Origin: Ktedonobacterales bacterium
GTDB taxonomy: Bacteria; Chloroflexota; Ktedonobacteria; Ktedonobacterales; JADMIN01
NCBI GenBank assembly: GCA_030167145.1
Contig: CP126532.1
Span: forward strand, 3,330,001-3,362,000
Direction: 5' to 3'
DNA: 32,000 nt
Positions within the stretch are counted from its first letter, which is position 1, and each line of letters opens with the position of its first letter. Positions 25,414 through 32,000 of this stretch are shown here, piece by piece. The position numbers were made by a program, and so were the translations under genes. The notes under the pieces were generated by a model that was not told the DNA's origin, did no database searches, and saw only the letters and a program-made list of their open reading frames with translations.

Positions 25414-25979
25414 GCGGAAGCGGAGGGAGCGCGTTACGGGTGGCCTATGCTGATCCGCCCTACATTGGGCAGGCGCGTAAGCACTACCGTCACGACCCGC
25501 GCTGTGCCGAAGTGGACCACGGCGAGCTCATTGCACAGCTCGTCGCAGAGTTCCCGGACGGGTGGGCGCTCTCGTGCAGCTCTCCTTCGCTCGCGCACCT
25601 GCTGCCGCTGTGCCCGCCGGATGTGCGGGTGATGGCCTGGGTCAAGCCATTCTGCTCATTCAAGCCGGGGGTGAATCCGGCGTATGCGTGGGAGCCGGTG
25701 CTGGTGCATGGCGGGAACGGGAGAAGGCGACGTGGGCGGCGAGAGCCAACGGTGCGGGATTGGGTGAGCGCGAACGTGACGCTGCGGCGCGGACTGGCGG
25801 GGGCGAAGCCGGAGGCGTTCTGTCACTGGTTGTTCGCGGTGCTGAACCTGCGCCCTGGCGACGAGTTGGTAGACCTCTATCCAGGGACGGGCGCGGTCTC
25901 GGCTGCGTGGGAGCGATGGTGTCGCGGTCTGTGGGTCGGTGGTTGTGGTGTGAATGGTGATGAGGCGGTGATAGCATGA
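25410..25979 (+). CDS. small N6-adenine (DPPY-type) DNA methyltransferase
   Basis: N-terminal YADPPY (motif IV) and C-terminal VDLYPGTGA (motif I, FxGxG-like). This permuted order is as in beta-class amino-MTases. ATGA overlaps occur at both ends (25410 and 25976). Confidence 0.7.
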   Translation: MSGSGGSALRVAYADPPYIGQARKHYRHDPRCAEVDHGELIAQLVAEFPDGWALSCSSPSLAHLLPLCPPDVRVMAWVKPFCSFKPGVNPAYAWEPVLVHGGNGRRRRGRREPTVRDWVSANVTLRRGLAGAKPEAFCHWLFAVLNLRPGDELVDLYPGTGAVSAAWERWCRGLWVGGCGVNGDEAVIA

Positions 25980-28900
25980 CACTCTTGAAGCTCGGCTATA
26001 GCAATCCGTTGACGGATAGCTTTGGCGCGCATCCGGTGCTGGGGCCGGTGCTGGACCTGAACGATGGGGCGACCTATACGCTGCTCGCGCCTGAGGTCGG
26101 CGGTATCGAACTCAGCCCACCACCGAGGACGATTGCGCTGGCGGGCAACATCAGGACGCAGGGCGAACGGGCGACGCGGGCGCTGTATCGCCATAACCGC
26201 GAGGTGCGCGTGCCGTTGCTGCTGGGGCCGATGTCGTCCTACGCGGCGCTCACCAGCGCCATCCGCACGCTGCTGCGCTGGGTGAATGCGGCACCCCAAA
26301 CCCCGCTGACACTGCTGTATCAGCCACCGAACGCCAGCGCGCCCGTCTACCTGGATGTGGTGGGTGCGGCGCACTCGCTGCCGGAGAGTGAGGCCGATTG
26401 GCTACGTCTCCAATTAGAGCCGGTGGAACTGGTGTTTATCTGCCGCCCAGGACTGCGCGGCGATAGGGTGACGCTCCAGAATCTTGTCGCCAATCCAGGC
26501 TTCGAGCAGGGGTCAGGCCCAGGGGTTCCGGTCTTCACTGAACTGTTCGCCAACCTCGCGGCGTACACGCAGGTCGCTGGTTCCGCGCCCACGCTGGCTC
26601 CGGCCAACACCTTTGTGGACGCGCTGATGGCCAATGGTGGCTCGTCGCTGTTGGCCTACTACCGGCTGGATGAAGCGAGCGGGACAAGTGTCTATGACAT
26701 CGCGGGGCAGGGGTATACGGGCACGACGCATGGGAGTCCTACGCAGAACGTGGCGGGGTTACTGGCAGGGGATACGGATACCTGCTATACGTTTGCCTCG
26801 GCCTCCTCGCAATACGTGAGCGTGCCCAGCACGAGCAGCTTTCCCAGCGGCAACAGTCCGCTCACCGTCGGGGTGTGGTTCAAGATCAGCGCGGCTCCCG
26901 CGAGCACGGCGCAACTGTGGAGCTACGGGGACATCACGACGGGCCATCATGCGCTCTCGCTGTATCTGGCGACCACGGGCAAGCTGACCTGTGATGTGGG
27001 CGCGGGCGCGTCGGTCATTTCCTCGGCTTCAGCCGTCTCGAACGGCGTAGCGCACTTCGCGGCGTTGACGTGGGACGGGACCACGCTGACGCTGTGGCTG
27101 GATGGGGTGAGCCAGGGCACGGCGACTCCCGGCGCGCAGAGCGTGCCCAGCACTCCTACCGTCAATTTGGGGGCGAATGCGACGCCAGCGGCGTACTTCA
27201 GCGGGCAACTGGATGAGGCGGGGATCTGGTCGGCGGCGCTGACGAGTGGGCAGATCTCCGCGATCTACACGGCGGGTCACGCTGGCGCGAGCGGGACGCT
27301 GGCCTCCGCCTTCTCGCTGCCTGCTAGTGGGCAGGTCAGTTTCGGCAGCGCGCAATGGAGCAGCATCAATAGCTGGCAACTACGGTTCCGCTACACCGCC
27401 AGCCTGACGCTGCGCGCGTTTCTGCACTATGTGGATGGCAACAACTATGTGCAGGCGCAGGTGACGGGGACACAACTCAGCCTCGCGCACAAGGTGGCGG
27501 GTGTGTTCACCACCATCCAGACGGTGACGATTAACGGCACAGCCGGCCTGACGTATGAGGGCTGGTACTGGCTGCAATGCACGCAGTTCCCGACGGTGAA
27601 CGCCACAGCGACCACACAGTTTCCTAGCGTCAACGCCAACTATCCGTATCTCACGGCGGCGGTGAGCTACGATGACAACGGGGCGGTGGGCGCGCAGATC
27701 GCGGCGGCAGCGGGGCCAGCGGTAGACACGGCGATTGCGCTGACGGGCAAGCCGCAGATCCTCGCGCAAGGGGCGGCGCTCGTCGTGGGTGGGAATGTGG
27801 TCAACCTGTTTGGTCCGGGTGGGTGGTCAGTGGCGACCGGCGGCGGCGCGGGCGGGCTGGCGGTGACGGGGGTGGCTATCGGCAGTTGGGAGCAGAGTAG
27901 CGCCAACCTGCCACCGCTGGGACTGCAAAACGCGAATGCGGCGAATGCGGTGCAAGTGCCAGTGCAGAGCTATGGCTGCGCACGGCTGGATATTCCCGCT
28001 GGTTCCACCGCCATAGATAGCCGCTGGCAGACACCGACGAGCGGGTTCGGGCCAAATGGCCTCATCCCGCTTCCAGGTTCCGGCGGCGCAGGGGTCACGC
28101 TGGCCTATGCCTTCGCCGCCAACTCCACGGGGTTCGCGGCAACGGCGCGGGTGCAACTCTACTGGACGGAGTACACCAGTAGCGGCTCCGCCCTGGGGAC
28201 ATATCAGGCGGCGAGCGTGACGCCACCGAATGGCTGGCAGGGGTATGCCAGTACCTTCGTGACGCAGAACGGTGGGGCCAATGGGTGCGCCGCGATCTCG
28301 CTGTTCATTCGTGCGCTGGACACGGCGACGGGGACGAGCGTGGGGGCGACGCTGTGGCTCGACAATGTGCAGGTGTGGTCGGTCTCCGCGACAGGGCTAG
28401 CGGTGGGAGCCATGCCCTACTGCGAGCTGCGGTTCCCACAGTCGCCCGCGCAACTGGTGCTAAGCGGGTTGCTGGGCGATCTGCCATGTCCGGCGGCGCT
28501 GGCATGGGGCACGTATGTGGGGTCTGGTGTCTCGACGCTGCCGCAGGGTGGGGCGCTGAGCTTCGCCATCGGCAGGAGCGCGCAGCCTTCCGCGACGGCA
28601 CGGCTGACGGCCAGCATGAACGGGTTTTATGGCAGCGCACTGGGCGCGGGGCAGCAGGCGACGGCGGCGCTGGACGCGACGGCCTATGGCGGCTACACCA
28701 TCTCGAACAATCCGCAGACGGGGTGGAGCGCGAAGGGATTCGCGCCACTGGCCAGTGATGCGCCAGGAGTGTATCATCTGCTCGAACGGTTCCTCTCCGC
28801 GCAGAGCGTGGGCAACCTGCCCAACGTGCAGGTGCGGGCGAACACGCAGCAACGGTTGCTGCCGTGGTTCGGAGCGACGAGTAGCGCCGACCAGTTGGGC

Positions 28901-29500
28901 AATAGTTACGGGCCGTATGCGGCGCTGCTGACGGCCTCCAACACGTGGACGGTGGTGGACACGGGGCAGGTGACGCTGCCACCGTACAGCCAGGGGGCGC
29001 TGACGGACCCGACGCAGACGTATCTGGTGCCACATCCGCAGTGGCAAGACCTGACGGGTGGAGGCTCAGGCGGGGCCATGTGTAGCGCGAGCTGGTGCGC
29101 GCTGCTGCCCATAGATGGGTCGCTGCTGGTGGGGGTGGTGAACAATCCGAGCAATGCGGCTTCGGCGCTGGCGAACACGTGGCTGTGGACGTACTTCGAT
29201 GGGTTGCTGGTGAACCGTGCGGGGGCGCAAGATGCGCCAGGGTGGCTGTATTCGCTCGAAGCGGTAGCGACGCCGAACGCGGGACATGCGGGCGGTGGGC
29301 CAGGGACACAGGGAACGGGGAATGTGAACGTGAATTCGGGGGCGGACCCGTATCTCATCCTCGACCCCACGGCGGCGCTACCACAGAGCGGACAGCGTGG
29401 GGTGAATCAACTGGTGGCATATGTGGCGGACCAGGCGGGTGCGGTGCTGGGATTTGCAGGCGAGGTGAGCTACGCGCCGCTGTATCTGTGGCCTCGGTAG
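25976..29500 (+). CDS. large phage tail fibre / receptor-binding protein with LamG (concanavalin-A-like lectin) domain
   Basis: 1174-aa ORF. LLAYYRLDEASGTSVYDIAG...LTVGVWFK...HFAALTWDGTTLTLWLDGV...FSGQLDEAGIWSAALT is a Laminin_G_3-type pattern. The rest is Gly/Ala/Thr/Ser-rich, as in fibres. Confidence 0.75.
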   Translation: MTLLKLGYSNPLTDSFGAHPVLGPVLDLNDGATYTLLAPEVGGIELSPPPRTIALAGNIRTQGERATRALYRHNREVRVPLLLGPMSSYAALTSAIRTLLRWVNAAPQTPLTLLYQPPNASAPVYLDVVGAAHSLPESEADWLRLQLEPVELVFICRPGLRGDRVTLQNLVANPGFEQGSGPGVPVFTELFANLAAYTQVAGSAPTLAPANTFVDALMANGGSSLLAYYRLDEASGTSVYDIAGQGYTGTTHGSPTQNVAGLLAGDTDTCYTFASASSQYVSVPSTSSFPSGNSPLTVGVWFKISAAPASTAQLWSYGDITTGHHALSLYLATTGKLTCDVGAGASVISSASAVSNGVAHFAALTWDGTTLTLWLDGVSQGTATPGAQSVPSTPTVNLGANATPAAYFSGQLDEAGIWSAALTSGQISAIYTAGHAGASGTLASAFSLPASGQVSFGSAQWSSINSWQLRFRYTASLTLRAFLHYVDGNNYVQAQVTGTQLSLAHKVAGVFTTIQTVTINGTAGLTYEGWYWLQCTQFPTVNATATTQFPSVNANYPYLTAAVSYDDNGAVGAQIAAAAGPAVDTAIALTGKPQILAQGAALVVGGNVVNLFGPGGWSVATGGGAGGLAVTGVAIGSWEQSSANLPPLGLQNANAANAVQVPVQSYGCARLDIPAGSTAIDSRWQTPTSGFGPNGLIPLPGSGGAGVTLAYAFAANSTGFAATARVQLYWTEYTSSGSALGTYQAASVTPPNGWQGYASTFVTQNGGANGCAAISLFIRALDTATGTSVGATLWLDNVQVWSVSATGLAVGAMPYCELRFPQSPAQLVLSGLLGDLPCPAALAWGTYVGSGVSTLPQGGALSFAIGRSAQPSATARLTASMNGFYGSALGAGQQATAALDATAYGGYTISNNPQTGWSAKGFAPLASDAPGVYHLLERFLSAQSVGNLPNVQVRANTQQRLLPWFGATSSADQLGNSYGPYAALLTASNTWTVVDTGQVTLPPYSQGALTDPTQTYLVPHPQWQDLTGGGSGGAMCSASWCALLPIDGSLLVGVVNNPSNAASALANTWLWTYFDGLLVNRAGAQDAPGWLYSLEAVATPNAGHAGGGPGTQGTGNVNVNSGADPYLILDPTAALPQSGQRGVNQLVAYVADQAGAVLGFAGEVSYAPLYLWPR

Positions 29501-29548
29501 CGTGAGGTGAGCCGCGGGAAATAACTGAGGGAGAAGGGAGGACGGAAG

Positions 29549-29938
29549 ATGAGCGAGGGACGTGAGGAATACCGGACGCGGAAGCGCGATCATCTGAAGA
29601 TAGTGCAGCAGGATTCCCAGCAGGATTCCCAGCCGGGCGCTGATGATGCTGGTAAAGATGCAGTCGGCGGAGACGTCGGTGCTGTGTCTGGTGGTGCGCT
29701 CGCCAATGCGATCATGTATGCCTGCACAGGGTGGGTGGCGTTGTGCATGGAGCGGACATGTGCGAGCGTGGATGTGCAGCCGATTGCGGCGCGGCTGTAT
29801 GAGGCGGCGGTGACGTTGGAGCCGAAGGCGGAGGGCGAGGGTTGGGAGTGTCAGCCGGATACTGTCTTGCTGCGGGTACGGTTGGAGGTGGAGGTTGGGC
29901 TGATCGTGCGGACGGTGGTGGAGCCGGTTAGGCCATAA
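29549..29938 (+). CDS. hypothetical protein
   Basis: 129-aa ORF with a GGGAGAAGGGAGGA SD. It contains the 12-bp repeat CAGCAGGATTCC x2.2 (29606-29632). Confidence 0.45.
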   Translation: MSEGREEYRTRKRDHLKIVQQDSQQDSQPGADDAGKDAVGGDVGAVSGGALANAIMYACTGWVALCMERTCASVDVQPIAARLYEAAVTLEPKAEGEGWECQPDTVLLRVRLEVEVGLIVRTVVEPVRP

Positions 29939-30079
29939 GGCGGAGGCATGGCTGATTCAACCTGTGGCACACCCAGCAGTGAGTTGCACCTACTAGAAGG
30001 ATCTCGTGTATTTCTAGTGCTGACTGGTCGTTGCTAACGAGAAATGTGGTCATTAAGAAGCGCGAAGTATAACCCGCCG

Positions 30080-32000
30080 TCAATTGAAAGTATTGAACGA
30101 ACCTTCAGTGGTCTCCTCGTCAAATACAAGTTCATCTTGACTGATGAATCTCATTAGAATGTCGTGGTCAAGAATTACCGTTTCCTGACTCAAAGGTCGG
30201 CTCGGTATGCCGACACTTTCCTGATTTATTCCATGTACTAGCTGCTGAAATGCGGATGGAAAGTCGTCTCTGTCGCGGAAGTCCACCCATTGGAAAGAGC
30301 CCAAAAAGCTACCTAGCAAAGCATCCATGGGACACCCGACGAGAATGCACGGAATGATTGGGATACCCTTCTGATGGTGACGCTCTAGCAGAATGACAAG
30401 CTCTTTCTTCTGATAGGGTCCGAGGCCATGTTCGCCACAAAAGATGGCCGCGGATTTACACGATGCAAGCGCGCGCACAATTTGATCCATCCACTCCTGC
30501 CCTGGGATGGAATCCCACATCTGAAAATATGGTCTAATACCGCGAAGTGTTAGCTCTTTGGCGTATTGTGACACTTCCTTTGCATCATGCGAGTTGTAAC
30601 TTATGAATACGTCACGTTGGTCAACATCATCTTTACCTCTTAATGTCATCGCTGCAACAGCAAGGCTAAGGGTGTGGTCAGCACGCTTCTCCATTTCAAT
30701 TAAGTCTTGGGATTGTTGGGATTGTAGGCCCGATTCTGCGCTTCCACTATGGTCGAATACTAACGGCGTTCCACAGTAAGAGCAAAAGGCTTGATTTCGA
30801 CTGTCATTGATGAGATCTTGCATTTGGGATGGGTTGACTCGCTTCCCACATTCGGTGTTGGGGCAATGAACTATTCTGTGCATTTGTATGGTTCCACGAA
30901 CCGCGTGTATGCGTAGATGATTTACGACAAATTCCTCAAATGTTTGCAGAGTCCTATTTGACGCCCCAACATGAAACAAAGTCAAATGGCCGGGCCCGAT
31001 CCCATCGTCTCGCAGGAGCAATCCGCATGTTCCACCAGCGGTAGCAGTGAAGGTAACTGCACCCTTATATACCTGTGGCTCTCGAAATAAACCGGAGTTC
31101 GCAATGCGTGTGGCAAGCGATGCATATATGAGCTGAATTCGTCCTCTAAACTCGATCACGGCGATCATATTGTCAGGTTCGTCGGGGTAGATGCTCGGTT
31201 TGCTTGCCTGCGAGGGGAACACAAGACATTCGTCGCCTTGTGCTGATCCAACGTTTTCGCGCATGGCCAATTCATGCCCAAGGAGGTCTCGCACCATTTC
31301 TACAATCAGCGTACGTTCTTGAGATTTGTCCTGTATGCGCTCATCAGCGGGAATAGGAAAGTCGCAAGCCTCCACTCTCTTGAGCGGGATACTTCCGAGC
31401 CCATCCTCTGCCTCTCTAACGGCATTGAGCAGCGCTGATGCATAGGTATCAAGTTTTTCTGGTCGAAGCAGGACATAGCTACCGAAGCTGAATCGTCTGA
31501 CCAATCCTGCGTTCTCGAGGTAGAATATGGCAGTCTCGAACTGGGTACGTGTGACTGTTATTGAGTCATCGCGGAAGCTCGAATGCCCGTAAGTCTCGTA
31601 CAGTTCTGACATAGTTGATAGGACGGACTTAGGGTTCCGGACACTTGCATTCATGACGAAGCGCATGACACGGATGAAAACATGAGACGAGTATATAGGT
31701 GTAAGCGAATCCCACTGCACAGAGCGAATGATCTTATCTTTGAGCGCATCTGTACCTAATGCGTACTTTGCACTGGTCTCAACATAGTCGTCGTAGCCAA
31801 GATCTCTGACAATCTCTCGAATGCGCGTGCGGTTCGTCCCAATGCCTGCTAAATCTGACTTACCAGCGACCAGGAACTTGGGCAAACGCCGGGTACCAGT
31901 AAGGCCCTCTTTCTGAGCGTCGCGAAGAGCGTGGTCCCAAAATAAGATTCTGTCGAGCGGATCTGCAGACTCACTATCGAACACGACTACCGCAACCGCG
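30080..32000 (-). CDS. Roc/Ras-like GTPase - COR-like winged-helix region - zinc ribbon - C-terminal TIR domain protein (N-terminus beyond window)
   Basis: The frame stays open to the window edge (AVAVV precedes the track's GTG start). GTPase G4/G5 motifs are FLVAGKSDL and ETSAK. The COR-like part is FETAIFYLENAGLVRRF...YVLLRPEKL. The zinc ribbon is CPNTEC...CSYC. The TIR domain is DVFISYNSHDAKEVSQYAKELTLRGIRPYF...GPYQKKEL. Local GC is 40-45% in hand-counted lines. Confidence 0.85.
   Translation of the reverse strand, partial: AVAVVVFDSESADPLDRILFWDHALRDAQKEGLTGTRRLPKFLVAGKSDLAGIGTNRTRIREIVRDLGYDDYVETSAKYALGTDALKDKIIRSVQWDSLTPIYSSHVFIRVMRFVMNASVRNPKSVLSTMSELYETYGHSSFRDDSITVTRTQFETAIFYLENAGLVRRFSFGSYVLLRPEKLDTYASALLNAVREAEDGLGSIPLKRVEACDFPIPADERIQDKSQERTLIVEMVRDLLGHELAMRENVGSAQGDECLVFPSQASKPSIYPDEPDNMIAVIEFRGRIQLIYASLATRIANSGLFREPQVYKGAVTFTATAGGTCGLLLRDDGIGPGHLTLFHVGASNRTLQTFEEFVVNHLRIHAVRGTIQMHRIVHCPNTECGKRVNPSQMQDLINDSRNQAFCSYCGTPLVFDHSGSAESGLQSQQSQDLIEMEKRADHTLSLAVAAMTLRGKDDVDQRDVFISYNSHDAKEVSQYAKELTLRGIRPYFQMWDSIPGQEWMDQIVRALASCKSAAIFCGEHGLGPYQKKELVILLERHHQKGIPIIPCILVGCPMDALLGSFLGSFQWVDFRDRDDFPSAFQQLVHGINQESVGIPSRPLSQETVILDHDILMRFISQDELVFDEETTEGSFNTFN

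Larger units (their letters stand above)
10036..29938. mobile_element. degraded prophage / phage-derived island carrying inserted cargo (replication module plus tail-end module; no packaging or head genes)
   Basis: It starts directly at the tRNA-half junction. It contains HNH, replisome-organiser-like, DnaC-like, PAPS-reductase-like, antirepressor, tail-like, MTase and LamG fibre genes, all on the + strand. These are interrupted by minus-strand lower-GC genes at 15.5-17.4 kb and 19.8-22.4 kb. The right boundary is set at the abrupt GC drop near 29940. The true att partner was not seen. Confidence 0.55.

Noticed and set aside
28305-29309. 334-aa minus ORF and other antisense ORFs inside the fibre gene
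   Set aside because: They are Pro/Ala/Arg/Ser-rich shadow frames of a 70% GC gene, entirely contained in the 1174-aa + ORF.
25976-29938. Diversity-generating retroelement targeting the LamG fibre
   Set aside because: The window contains no reverse transcriptase gene. I could find no template-repeat copy of the fibre C-terminus in the flanking 500 bp.

Overview
High-GC window (hand-counted 60-nt samples reach about 70% GC). It splits into a housekeeping block and a mosaic accessory island. I cannot assign a taxon.

Core block (1-8950): a 3'-truncated FdhF/YdeP-type molybdopterin oxidoreductase on the minus strand (missed by the ORF track; I translated it by hand), an SGNH/DUF1574-like membrane protein, an orphan sensor histidine kinase, and folP-folC-larC. 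A 440-bp non-coding field of 9-bp-periodic repeats sits at 3290-3730.

Island edge: at 8974 and 9976 there are two direct copies of a 32-bp tRNA 3'-end sequence. They bracket a lower-GC VapC/antitoxin cassette. The right copy extends to a 3' tRNA half (long variable arm, 8-nt acceptor strand, CTTCAAA loop), and phage-type DNA starts directly after it.

Island content (10.1-32 kb):
- A replication/early module: HNH, replisome-organiser-like, DnaC-like, PAPS-reductase-like and P22-type antirepressor genes.
- A tail-end module: putative tail proteins, a translationally coupled DPPY DNA methyltransferase and a 1174-aa LamG fibre.
- No terminase, portal or capsid genes are visible.
- Between and after the two phage modules lie opposite-strand, compositionally distinct cargo genes. 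These are a coupled two-gene operon (Rossmannoid TIR/deoxyribosyltransferase-like protein plus wHTH-TPR protein), a DUF4062-P-loop-TPR STAND protein, and a low-GC (40-45%) Roc/COR GTPase-zinc ribbon-TIR protein running off the window.
- The island also carries a truncated haemoglobin, a small gene behind a near-consensus promoter with a GAAC-N4-GTTC SOS box, and permuted duplicated segments.

Across the island, perfect 8-13 bp tandem repeats are unusually dense, with at least 17 loci. Units are multiples of 3 inside CDSs, whereas most intergenic units are not.
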